From positions 1-40,314 of the forward strand of contig CANQMB010000002.1 of assembly GCA_947624845.1 (NCBI GenBank): DNA of 40,314 nucleotides. The letters are read 5' to 3'. This DNA is from an uncultured Bacilli bacterium (GTDB lineage: Bacteria; Bacillota_I; Bacilli_A; RF39; UBA660). The position numbers were made by a program, and so were the translations under genes. This document shows positions 19,168-28,047 of the stretch, piece by piece. The notes under the pieces are model-generated. The model made no database searches. It worked only from the letters and a program-made list of their open reading frames with translations, and was not told the DNA's origin. Numbering within the stretch: the stretch's first letter is position 1; each line of letters begins with the position of its first letter.

Positions 19168-19353
19168 ATGAAATATATTATTAAATATAGTAAACGTATT
19201 ATTTTAGGTGTTTTTATTTTATATGGTTATAATATGATTGCTTCTAATTTTAATATGATGATTCCAATGAATGTCTTTACAATTGGTATGATTGGAATAT
19301 TAGGATCTCCCGCTTTATTAGCGTTGATACTTCTAAAATTGATAATTATGTGA
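19168..19353 (+). CDS. bofA: BofA-family pro-sigma-K processing inhibitor (61 aa membrane protein)
   Basis: The C-terminal half IPMNVFTIGMIGILGSPALLALILLKLII parallels B. subtilis BofA VPINLVTTAISGILGIPGIAALVVIKQFI (from memory). It lies after recR, as in B. subtilis. Confidence 0.6.
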   Translation: MKYIIKYSKRIILGVFILYGYNMIASNFNMMIPMNVFTIGMIGILGSPALLALILLKLIIM

Positions 19354-19360
19354 GGTTAGT

Positions 19361-20194
19361 ATGAAAGAACACGAAGTAGAAGAAAAAGTATATGGCATGA
19401 TTCAAAATCAATATCAAACTCAAAAATTATCTCATGCTTATTTTATTGAAAAAGGGAATTATGCTAATATTGAAATGTTGATGAAAAAAATCGCCAAACT
19501 CTTTTTGTGTCCAAAAAATGGAGAGCATTTCAACAATTGTTCTACTTGTGATTTGATTGAAAAAGATATTCATCCTGATTTTAAAGAAATTTCTCCAGAA
19601 GGAAATATGATAAAAAAGGAACAACTATTGAATCTAAAACAATTATTTAAAACGACTTCCTCTTCTAATTATCGATTATATGTTATTTATGAAGCGGACA
19701 AGCTAAATCCAGCTTCTGCGAATACGATTTTAAAATTTTTAGAAGAACCAGAACAGGGAATTATTGCTTTTTTGATTGCTGATAATAGATATCAAGTATT
19801 AGAAACATTACTTTCTCGCTGTCAAATTATTAATATGCCTTCTTTATTTTCCTCTGATTTTTCTGATGAAATGATCAATTTACTTAGTGATCTTACTTCA
19901 AGTAAAAAAATTTATTTAGATTTCAAAGAATTATTGGACAGTAGTTTTTCTTTAAAAGAATCAACAAAAGATTTGTTAGATTCTATGGAACTTTATCTTC
20001 ATCAATTATTATTAATAAAAATAGGTAAAAAAATCCCTTTACCAAAACAGGAACTTTTTACAAATTTAACAGAAGATAGTATAATAAAATATATTGCTAT
20101 TTTAGAAGAAGAAAAAAAGAAATTAACATATAATATCAATTATAAACTTTGGCTTGATCATTTTTTAATACGTTTTATGGAGGTGATTTCATGA
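19361..20194 (+). CDS. holB: DNA polymerase III delta-prime subunit
   Basis: AAA+-like clamp-loader fold with LSHAYFIEKG and YEADKLNPASANTILKFLEEP. Confidence 0.85.
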   Translation: MKEHEVEEKVYGMIQNQYQTQKLSHAYFIEKGNYANIEMLMKKIAKLFLCPKNGEHFNNCSTCDLIEKDIHPDFKEISPEGNMIKKEQLLNLKQLFKTTSSSNYRLYVIYEADKLNPASANTILKFLEEPEQGIIAFLIADNRYQVLETLLSRCQIINMPSLFSSDFSDEMINLLSDLTSSKKIYLDFKELLDSSFSLKESTKDLLDSMELYLHQLLLIKIGKKIPLPKQELFTNLTEDSIIKYIAILEEEKKKLTYNINYKLWLDHFLIRFMEVIS

Positions 20195-20976
20195 TTGAAG
20201 TGATTGGTGTTGTTTTAGATTCTTCAAAAAATGTTTATTATTTTTCTCCACAAAATTTAAATTTAAAGAAGGGACAAGTTCTCTTAGTAGAGACCGAAAA
20301 TGGATTACAATTGGGAACTGCTTTTACTGATATAAAAAAAGAACCGAAGGAAAATTTAGTTTTTCCTTTAAAACCTGTGCTTCATATTGCAACAGAAGAA
20401 GAAATCAAAAAGAATGATCAATTAAAAAAAGAAGCAGAAGAAGCTTTATTAAAAGCTAAAAAATATGCGAAGGAATTAAATTTGGATATGCATTTTGTAG
20501 ATGCAAATTATACGTTTGAGAAGAACCAATTGTTTTTTTCTTTCGTCTCAGAAAATCGGGTTGATTTTAGAGAGCTTGCCAAAAAATTAGCCCAAAAATA
20601 TAAAACAAGAATTGAACTTCGGCAAATTGGTGTCCGTGATAAAGCTAAAAAAATTGGAGGAATTGGTCCTTGTGGATTGTTCTTATGTTGTCATACCTTT
20701 TTAACAGATTTTAATAGTGTTTCTATTAATATGGCAAAAAATCAGATGCTAGCACTAAATCCAAATAAAATTAATGGTGTTTGTGGTCGACTTTTATGTT
20801 GTTTAAATTATGAAGATGAAATTTATAGTGAATTAAAAAAGGATTTACCTCAAATTGGAATGATGATGCAAAAAGAAGAAGGAACTGGAAAAGTCGTTTC
20901 AGTGGATGTTTTTAAGAAAACTTACCAGGTAGATTTCGGTTCTAAGGGAATTATTGAGTATAGTAATGAAAATTAA
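20191..20976 (+). CDS. ricT: PSP1-domain protein YaaT/RicT (stage 0 sporulation / RNase Y regulator)
   Basis: ELRQIGVRDKAKKIGGIGPCGLFLCCHTFL and CGRLLCCLNYE cysteine blocks. Follows holB with a 4-nt overlap. Confidence 0.87.
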   Translation: MIEVIGVVLDSSKNVYYFSPQNLNLKKGQVLLVETENGLQLGTAFTDIKKEPKENLVFPLKPVLHIATEEEIKKNDQLKKEAEEALLKAKKYAKELNLDMHFVDANYTFEKNQLFFSFVSENRVDFRELAKKLAQKYKTRIELRQIGVRDKAKKIGGIGPCGLFLCCHTFLTDFNSVSINMAKNQMLALNPNKINGVCGRLLCCLNYEDEIYSELKKDLPQIGMMMQKEEGTGKVVSVDVFKKTYQVDFGSKGIIEYSNEN

Positions 20977-21682
20977 AAAAATATTTCAAGATTTAGAATT
21001 AAAAAAGGAATCTCTTATTCTCTATCAACCAGAAAAAACATTTCATTTGACAACCGATTCTTTATTGTTGACTCGCTTTGTTCATCCAACTCTTCGCACA
21101 AAAAAAATATTGGATATTGGCACTGGTTTAGGAGGAATTCCTTTACTTTTAAGTAGGAATACAAAAGCGCATATTACAGGGGTGGAAATTGATCCTAATC
21201 TTTCCAATTTTGCGAGGAGGGCAGTAAAAGAAAATCATTTAGAAAAACAAATTACAATTATTCATCAGGATATCCGGGAATATGCAAAAACATGTCCAAC
21301 CAATACCTATGATATCATTGTATCGAATCCTCCATATTTTCAAAAAGAAAAGGGGAAAATGAATCACTCTAAAAAAATTGCCACAGCAAAACATGAAACT
21401 AATTTAACTGTGGAAGATATATTTAAAATTTCAAAAAAGCTCTTAAAAGATCAAGGAAAATTAATATTAGTTTTTACAACTGCTCGATTCATAGAAATTT
21501 TAAATTATTATGAAAAATATCATTTTGCAATTAAAAAAATTCAATTTATTCACGGAACTGCCGATCATAAAGCAAAAACATTCTTAATTGAAGGCAGTAA
21601 AAATGGCAAAGCATCTACCCAGGTTCTTTATCCAATTTTATTAGAGAAAGAAAGTGATATCCATGAGTCAAAAAAGTTATGA
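20966..21682 (+). CDS. SAM-dependent N6-adenine methyltransferase (YabB/TrmN6-like)
   Basis: ILDIGTGLGGIPL SAM loop and the catalytic IVSNPPYF motif. Start taken at ATG 20966; the track start is TTG 20954. Confidence 0.8.
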   Translation: MKIKKIFQDLELKKESLILYQPEKTFHLTTDSLLLTRFVHPTLRTKKILDIGTGLGGIPLLLSRNTKAHITGVEIDPNLSNFARRAVKENHLEKQITIIHQDIREYAKTCPTNTYDIIVSNPPYFQKEKGKMNHSKKIATAKHETNLTVEDIFKISKKLLKDQGKLILVFTTARFIEILNYYEKYHFAIKKIQFIHGTADHKAKTFLIEGSKNGKASTQVLYPILLEKESDIHESKKL

Positions 21683-22514
21683 TCAAACACCGACATTATT
21701 TTTGATTCCAACTCCCATTGGAAACTTAGAAGATATGAGTATTCGTTGTTTAAAAACGCTACAAGAAGTGGATTATATCTTATGTGAGGATACGAGAACC
21801 ACGGGAAATTTATTAAAAAAATATGAACTTCGAAAACCACTTGTCAGTTGTCATGAATTTAATGAAAATCAAGTGAAAGAAAAAGTAGTCAAAGATTTGA
21901 AAAAAGGTCTAAATTTAGGACTTGTTACGGATCAAGGAACACCAATTATTAGTGATCCTGGCTATAAAGTAGTAGAGGAAGTCCTTCGAAATGGATTGAA
22001 TGTTGTCTCTCTTCCAGGTCCCACGGCCTTTGTCCCTGCTTTAATTAATTCTGGAATTTCTCCCGCTCCATTTTTGTTTTATGGTTTTTTAAATTCAAAA
22101 GGTGGAAAACAAATAAAAGAATTAGAACAACTAAAACTAAGAAAGGAAACATTAATTTTTTATGAAGCCCCTCATCGGATTCAAAAAACGTTAGAACAAA
22201 TGCAAACGATTTTAGGGGATCGAAAAATTAGTGTCAGTAGAGAAATTTCTAAAATTCATGAAGAAATTTACCGGGGACCGATTTCTAAAGTGAGATTAGA
22301 AATTACAAACCCAAAAGGAGAATTTGTTATTGTAGTCTCAGGTAATTTAGAACTAGAAAACTATGAGGAAATCTCTATAATAGAACATGTTCAATTATAT
22401 TTAGATGAAAATATGACAGAAAAAGAGGCCATTAAAAAAGTGGCACAGGAGAGAAATCTTTCCAAAAGCATTGTATATAAAGAGTATCATCAAAGTAAGG
22501 AAGTGAGAAAATGA
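21663..22514 (+). CDS. rsmI: 16S rRNA (cytidine1402-2'-O)-methyltransferase RsmI
   Basis: TLFLIPTPIGNLEDMS, ILCEDTR and FYEAPHR, which are tetrapyrrole-methylase-fold RsmI blocks. Confidence 0.9.
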   Translation: MSQKSYDQTPTLFLIPTPIGNLEDMSIRCLKTLQEVDYILCEDTRTTGNLLKKYELRKPLVSCHEFNENQVKEKVVKDLKKGLNLGLVTDQGTPIISDPGYKVVEEVLRNGLNVVSLPGPTAFVPALINSGISPAPFLFYGFLNSKGGKQIKELEQLKLRKETLIFYEAPHRIQKTLEQMQTILGDRKISVSREISKIHEEIYRGPISKVRLEITNPKGEFVIVVSGNLELENYEEISIIEHVQLYLDENMTEKEAIKKVAQERNLSKSIVYKEYHQSKEVRK

Positions 22515-23074
22515 AACTTGTTGTCGGATTAGGAAATCCTGGAAAGGAGTATGAAAATACTCGTCATAATTGCGGATTTTATATGTTGGATTTATATTTA
22601 GAATCTAAAAATTTAACAAATTTTAAGAGTAAGTTTCAAGGAATGTATGTACTTGCCAATGTGAACGGCGAAAAAGTGATTTTTTTGAAACCCCAATCTT
22701 ATATGAACTTATCTGGTGAAGTGATTCGAAAATTTATGGATTTCTATAAGATCGATGCAAAAGATATTTTTATCATTCATGATGATTTAGATTTACCCTT
22801 GGGAAGTTTTAAATTAAAAGCATCAGGAACAAGTGGGGGTCATAATGGATTAAAAAATATAGAGGAAAACATTCATACAAAAGATTATAAACGATTAAAA
22901 ATTGGTATTTCTAAACCAGAAGGAGACAAAATAGATTATGTATTAGGAAAGTTTTCTAAAAATGAAGGAGAAATATTAGAAAAATTAAGTATTATTGTTG
23001 GAAATTTATTAGATGATTTTTTTCAAATGAATTTTGATGATTTAATGAATAAATACAACCGGAAAATTAGGTGA
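22511..23074 (+). CDS. pth: peptidyl-tRNA hydrolase
   Basis: LVVGLGNPGKEYENTRHNCGF and GGHNGLKNI. ATGA overlap with rsmI. Confidence 0.94.
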   Translation: MKLVVGLGNPGKEYENTRHNCGFYMLDLYLESKNLTNFKSKFQGMYVLANVNGEKVIFLKPQSYMNLSGEVIRKFMDFYKIDAKDIFIIHDDLDLPLGSFKLKASGTSGGHNGLKNIEENIHTKDYKRLKIGISKPEGDKIDYVLGKFSKNEGEILEKLSIIVGNLLDDFFQMNFDDLMNKYNRKIR

Positions 23075-23079
23075 TTTAT

Positions 23080-26000
23080 ATGAGCATTTTTCGTAATTTA
23101 ATTCAAATTTCAAAATCGACAAACATGGGTATAACGAATCTTACCGATGAGTTTTTTTGTGTCTATTTAAAAAATTTATTAGAAGAAAAAAATCAAAATA
23201 TCTTAGTGGTTGTTTCTTCTTTGTATGATGCCAATAAACTTTACAAGCAACTTTTAACTTATACGGAAGAAGTTTCTTTATTTCCAATGGATGATTTTTT
23301 AACGAGCGAAGCAATTGCTATTAGTCCGGACTTAGAAATGATTCGAATTGAGACGATGATTCGTCTTTGTAAAGAAAAAAAACAAATTGTAATTACCAAT
23401 TTTATGGGATTTTTACGTTATCTTCCAAGTCCTCAAACATTTAAAAAATATCTATTAAAATATCGTTTAAATGATCAAATAGATCCAACATCTCTAGCGG
23501 AAGCTTTGTATCAATTAGGTTATAGTAGAGAAACGATGGTTACGCAAACTGGAGAATTTGCAGTACGAGGTTTTGTGATTGATATTTTTCCACTAACTTA
23601 TGAAAATCCAATTCGTATAGAGTTTTTCGGTGATGAAATTGATGATATCCGTACTTTTGAAATAGAAACTCAAAGATCTATTGAAAAGTTAGAAGAAGTT
23701 ACTTTATATCCTTGTTCTGAGTTTATTTGCAAACAAGAAGTAGAAGAAGAAAAAAGAAAGCAAAAGTATTTAAAAGAATATACCAATGATGTTTCTTCCA
23801 TTGTACAGTATTTGAATTCTTGTATTACAGTTTATAAGGATTATTCTCAACTTGAAGTATTCAATCGACAATTACAGGAAGAAATATTTCATTATCAAAA
23901 GACAAAAGATGTCGACTATTCAGGAAAATACATGTTTTCATGGGATGAGATTTCCACGAAAAATAATATTTATTATATGAATATAAATAACCTAACAACC
24001 AAAAAAGAGCTTCCCTTTATTGATTATCAAGTAAAATCGGTTCCTTTATTTCGAGAAGATATAAAGCTTATTAATCAGTATTTAGAAAAAGCCTTAAAAG
24101 AAGGAAAAATAGTGATTATCGCTCTAAGTAAGATTCAAAGAGAAAATTTAATTTCCAAACTCACTGTTTCATGCCATAAAACAACAGAAGATCATATTGT
24201 GCCTGATAAAGTGAATTTAATTGTAAAACCGATGAGTGAAGGATTTATTTATAAAAATTATATATTTATTTCTCAAAAAGAAATTTATAATGAAAAAAAA
24301 GTAGTGAAAAAACAATCTGTTCATTTTCAATATACGTCTAAAATTAAAAGTTTAGATAAATTACAAATCGGAGATTATGTTGTTCATGATGTTTATGGGA
24401 TTGGAATTTATAATGGCATTCAAGTATTGACTCAAAATGGAGTTTCTAAAGATTATTTAGAGATTCTTTATAAAAATCACGATAAACTTTATATTCCTGT
24501 TGAAAAAATTGATTATTTGAGTAAATATAGTGGAAAAGAAGGCGCAGTTCCTAAAATTCATTCTTTGAGTAGTGGAGAATGGGAAAAAACGAAACGTCGC
24601 GTATCTCAAAAAATTGCCGATATGGCAGATCAATTATTAAAACTTTATGCAGAAAGAGAAAGTAGAAAAGGATATGCTTTTTCAAAAGATCAACCCATGC
24701 TTTTAGAATTTGAAAAAGACATCTCCTTCGAGTTGACTAAAGATCAAAAACTGGCCATCCGTCAAATTAAAGAAGATATGGAAAAAAATACACCAATGGA
24801 TCGACTTCTATGTGGAGATGTTGGTTTTGGTAAGACAGAAGTCGCTTTTGTGGCGGCATTTAAAGCGATTTTAGATTCTAAGCAGGTTTTATTTTTATGC
24901 CCAACGACGATTCTTTCCAACCAGCATTATGAAAATGCAATTCAAAGATTTCAAAATTTTCCTGTCTCCATTGCACTTTTGAATCGTTTTACTCCAATCA
25001 AGGAAGTTCATCGTGTTCTTAAGGGATTAGAAGAGGGAACCATCGATTTGGTTTTTGGAACTCACCGGTTGTTAAGTTCGGATATCAAACCGAAAGACTT
25101 GGGACTTTTAATCGTTGATGAGGAACAACGATTCGGTGTTGGTCACAAGGAAAAAATTAAACAATATAAAACGAACGTAGATGTCTTAACACTAACGGCA
25201 ACACCTATTCCTAGAACTCTACAAATGTCGTTAACGGGGATTCGTAGTCTTTCTTTGATAGAAACTCCGCCACAGGATCGTTATCCAATTCAAACTTATG
25301 TTATTGAAGAAAATAAACCGATGATCAAAGAAGCGATTTATAAAGAATTATCTCGAGGAGGACAAGTATTTTTATTGTATAATCGAGTAGATTTTATTGA
25401 AAGAAAAGCTCAAGAAATTCAAGATTTAGTCCCAGATGCTCGTGTTGTTTTTGCCCATGGACAGATGACGAAAACAGAATTAGAAAACCGGATGCTTTCG
25501 TTTATTAATCACGAATATGATATTTTAGTTTGTACGACGATTATTGAAACTGGGATTGATATTCCTAATGTAAATACACTGATTATCTTAGATGCCGATC
25601 GTTTTGGATTGAGTCAATTGTATCAAATTCGAGGACGGGTCGGTCGTAGTAATAAATTTGCCTATGCTTATTTAATGTATAAACCATTTAAAGCTCTCTC
25701 AGAAACGGCCATTAAAAGACTTCGTGTTATTAAAGAATTTACAGAACTAGGCAGTGGTTTTTCTATCGCAACAAGAGATTTATCAATTCGTGGTGCGGGA
25801 GATATTTTGGGAAGAGAACAAGCTGGTTTTATTGATAGTATTGGTATTGACTTGTATTTAAAATTATTAAATAGAGAAGTAATGAAAAGACAAGGAGAAG
25901 AAGTCGAAGAACAAGAGGATGTTTCAAATCCACTCATTAATGTCAAAACACATATTGAAGATAGCTATGTAGATGAAGAGGATCTTAAAATAGAAATTCA

Positions 26001-26385
26001 TCGTCTAATTAATACGATTGACAGTAGAAAAAAATTAAATCAAGTAAAATTAGAGCTTGAAGATCGATTTGGAAAAATTAATGAAGATTTGCTTATTTAT
26101 ATGCATGAGGAATGGTTTGAAAAACTTGCAGAAAGGATACCAGTAAAAAATTTTAGACAATCTAAAAATTCAATGGAACTTTCCTTTTCAAAGGAAATTG
26201 TAAAAAAATTAGATATGGAACAATTATTTGTCGATGTTTGTAATATTAGTATGATGTTTCGTTTTCAAACATTAGGAGAAGTTTTAGTCATTATTTTGGA
26301 TACGATTAAATTAGATAAACATCCAATCTATTATTTATGTGATTTATTAGAAAAAGTAGAGAAACATTTAAAAAATATTGACTAA
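23080..26385 (+). CDS. mfd: transcription-repair coupling factor Mfd
   Basis: Superfamily-2 helicase motifs GDVGFGKTEVA, DEEQRFGV, TATPIPRTL and QLYQIRGRVGRS. About 1100 aa. ATG 23080 lies 5 nt after AGGTGA. Confidence 0.95.
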   Translation: MSIFRNLIQISKSTNMGITNLTDEFFCVYLKNLLEEKNQNILVVVSSLYDANKLYKQLLTYTEEVSLFPMDDFLTSEAIAISPDLEMIRIETMIRLCKEKKQIVITNFMGFLRYLPSPQTFKKYLLKYRLNDQIDPTSLAEALYQLGYSRETMVTQTGEFAVRGFVIDIFPLTYENPIRIEFFGDEIDDIRTFEIETQRSIEKLEEVTLYPCSEFICKQEVEEEKRKQKYLKEYTNDVSSIVQYLNSCITVYKDYSQLEVFNRQLQEEIFHYQKTKDVDYSGKYMFSWDEISTKNNIYYMNINNLTTKKELPFIDYQVKSVPLFREDIKLINQYLEKALKEGKIVIIALSKIQRENLISKLTVSCHKTTEDHIVPDKVNLIVKPMSEGFIYKNYIFISQKEIYNEKKVVKKQSVHFQYTSKIKSLDKLQIGDYVVHDVYGIGIYNGIQVLTQNGVSKDYLEILYKNHDKLYIPVEKIDYLSKYSGKEGAVPKIHSLSSGEWEKTKRRVSQKIADMADQLLKLYAERESRKGYAFSKDQPMLLEFEKDISFELTKDQKLAIRQIKEDMEKNTPMDRLLCGDVGFGKTEVAFVAAFKAILDSKQVLFLCPTTILSNQHYENAIQRFQNFPVSIALLNRFTPIKEVHRVLKGLEEGTIDLVFGTHRLLSSDIKPKDLGLLIVDEEQRFGVGHKEKIKQYKTNVDVLTLTATPIPRTLQMSLTGIRSLSLIETPPQDRYPIQTYVIEENKPMIKEAIYKELSRGGQVFLLYNRVDFIERKAQEIQDLVPDARVVFAHGQMTKTELENRMLSFINHEYDILVCTTIIETGIDIPNVNTLIILDADRFGLSQLYQIRGRVGRSNKFAYAYLMYKPFKALSETAIKRLRVIKEFTELGSGFSIATRDLSIRGAGDILGREQAGFIDSIGIDLYLKLLNREVMKRQGEEVEEQEDVSNPLINVKTHIEDSYVDEEDLKIEIHRLINTIDSRKKLNQVKLELEDRFGKINEDLLIYMHEEWFEKLAERIPVKNFRQSKNSMELSFSKEIVKKLDMEQLFVDVCNISMMFRFQTLGEVLVIILDTIKLDKHPIYYLCDLLEKVEKHLKNID

Positions 26386-26441
26386 AAAATAAATGATTGT
26401 TATTCTTTTTAATGAAATCATAGAAAGAGGTGGACTAGTTG

Positions 26442-27101
26442 ATGGAAGTAGAAAAACTAAAGCAGCAACACTTAGAAAGTTATAAAATGGCGGTGTTAGA
26501 ATTAATACAAAATAATACAAAAACTTTAATTCAGGAGGATATTACTTCTTTACTTAGAGAACCTCCTCTAGATTCTATGGATTTAGTAAAAAATAAGTTG
26601 CTCCATTATTCTAAACAGGCATCTGTTGTATTAGATATTGATCAATTGAATCCTCTCGTTTCTAATTATCGTAAAAAACTGGTTCAATCTTTTCAAAATA
26701 TTGGAGAGGAGAGAATTTCAAAATTAGGAAAGAGAGTTCAAGAATTTCATCCTTTAAAAGAAAATGAAGTGATCAAGATTCCCAAAAAAGAGTTCACCCT
26801 TTTTAATAAACAACTAAAAAAAGAAGCGAAAGAAAAAATACATTTTTGTAATCAATTTTTATTAGATCAAATTTTTACTCTGTTTAAAGAGGGAACCTCG
26901 GAAAATAGTAAGAAAAAAATTGCAGAACAGATGAATAAATATCTTTCAGGGACATATACGAAAGATTTACTTGATAGTATCGAAATGAAATTAATTATAA
27001 AAGATACGACACTCATGAACAGTATTTTAGAGCAAGGGGAAAGGTATTTATTTACGAAATCGAATTCTCATTTGTTTGATGAAGAAGCACAAGACGAATA
27101 A
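26442..27101 (+). CDS. hypothetical protein (219 aa, probably all-helical, cytoplasmic)
   Basis: ORF with SD GAGGTGG and its own terminator. No TM segment and no recognisable motif. Confidence 0.55.
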   Translation: MEVEKLKQQHLESYKMAVLELIQNNTKTLIQEDITSLLREPPLDSMDLVKNKLLHYSKQASVVLDIDQLNPLVSNYRKKLVQSFQNIGEERISKLGKRVQEFHPLKENEVIKIPKKEFTLFNKQLKKEAKEKIHFCNQFLLDQIFTLFKEGTSENSKKKIAEQMNKYLSGTYTKDLLDSIEMKLIIKDTTLMNSILEQGERYLFTKSNSHLFDEEAQDE

Positions 27102-27115
27102 GTCGTCTTTTTTTA
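27091..27115 (+). terminator. intrinsic terminator
   Basis: AAGACGA (27091-27097) pairs with TCGTCTT (27103-27109). The stop codon is in the 5-nt loop and a T-run follows. Confidence 0.7.
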
Positions 27116-27251
27116 TTTGAAAAAGTTTACTAAATGGAAATATTTACCAAAGGAATTTATAGGAAGAAAGATTATAATATATATAGAAGTAACATAGAGG
27201 TATAAAGTTTTAAAAATTGTGAATGATAATTGTAGAAAGAGAGGAATCACT

Positions 27252-27779
27252 ATGAAGACAACTGGCGTTGTAAGAAGAATAGATGATTTAGGAAGAATTG
27301 TTATTCCTAAAGAAATTAGAAGAACTTTAAGAATCCGAGATGGGGAATCTCTAGAAATATTCGTAGACAAAGAGATGATTACTTTAAAAAAATATTCTTC
27401 TATGGACGATATGATGGAAATTGCAAAGACTTTGTCTGAAACTATTAGTTCTACAATTAAGAAAAATATCTTTATAACAGATCGGGATCGCTTTATTGTG
27501 GCAACAGGTGAAGAAAAAAAATATTTAAGTAAGTCCATTTCTAGATTTTTAGAACAGCAAATGAACGATAGGGAGATTCGCATTGAAAAAAATCTTCATT
27601 CGCTTGAACTTGTGGATGGCAAAAAGGAAGAATACGCATACATTATTCATCCAATTAATGTAAAAGGAGATGTTGTAGGATTAGTTATTATTCTTTCTAA
27701 AGATGAAGCAATAAGCAATATGGATGAAAAAATTGCCGTGGTCATGGCAAATTTTTTAAGTAAACATATTGAAGAATAA
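27252..27779 (+). CDS. spoVT: stage V sporulation transcription regulator SpoVT (AbrB-type N-domain)
   Basis: MKTTGVVRRIDDLGRIVIPKEIRRTLRIRDGESLEIF is the AbrB/SpoVT swapped-hairpin signature. The 175 aa length matches SpoVT rather than AbrB. SD AGAGAGGAA. The track start at 27219 is too far upstream. Confidence 0.88.
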   Translation: MKTTGVVRRIDDLGRIVIPKEIRRTLRIRDGESLEIFVDKEMITLKKYSSMDDMMEIAKTLSETISSTIKKNIFITDRDRFIVATGEEKKYLSKSISRFLEQQMNDREIRIEKNLHSLELVDGKKEEYAYIIHPINVKGDVVGLVIILSKDEAISNMDEKIAVVMANFLSKHIEE

Positions 27780-27797
27780 TTCCTTTTGTGATATAAT
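27769..27797 (+). promoter_or_regulatory. promoter of the metG leader
   Basis: -35 TTGAAG (27769-27774), 17-nt spacer, extended -10 TGaTATAAT (27789-27797). Confidence 0.55.
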
Positions 27798-27802
27798 CTT
27801 TG

Positions 27803-28011
27803 CTATATTAATTAGTGATGACGAAGAGTTTAATAGACCAATCTAGCAAAGAGAATTCTTGAGGGTGAAAATAGAATCTAGAAGTTTATTAAATATGGCT
27901 TTTGAACTATTAAGTCGATAGGTAGGCTTAATCGTAAGTAGGCGTTAACTATTTGAGTGTATAATAGAATTATTATAAAATAAGGTGGTACCGCGAAATG
28001 TTCGTCCTTAT
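27803..28011 (+). promoter_or_regulatory. T-box riboswitch leader, Met specifier
   Basis: GA/K-turn UGAUGA...GAAGAG and stem I distal AGAGA...GGUGAAA. Candidate specifier AUG at 27895-27897. T-box sequence AAGGUGGUACCGCG (27982-27995). Antiterminator helix AUAAGG (27980-27985) pairs with CCUUAU (28006-28011). Confidence 0.8.
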
Positions 28012-28047
28012 ATTATAATAATTTTTTATTTTAAGGAGAGTGAATTT

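Noticed and set aside
27113-27583. 156-aa minus-strand ORF antisense to spoVT
   Set aside because: It overlaps almost all of the SpoVT coding sequence, which has unmistakable AbrB/SpoVT motifs. It has no SD and an Ile/Phe/Ser/Leu-rich composition typical of antisense frames in AT-rich DNA.
27985-28047. N-terminal extensions of track ORFs. Examples: metG from 27985, dnaX from 16544, gyrB from 11316, gyrA from 13290, asnB from 37980, spoVT from 27219, veg from 36391, comK from 9655, mfd from 23071, rsmA from 35528 and tatD from 29918.
   Set aside because: The upstream starts are mostly GTG or TTG without an SD. They run through riboswitch or neighbouring-gene sequence, or bury conserved N-termini such as the MCG of AsnB. 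Internal ATG or GTG codons with proper SD spacing were used instead.
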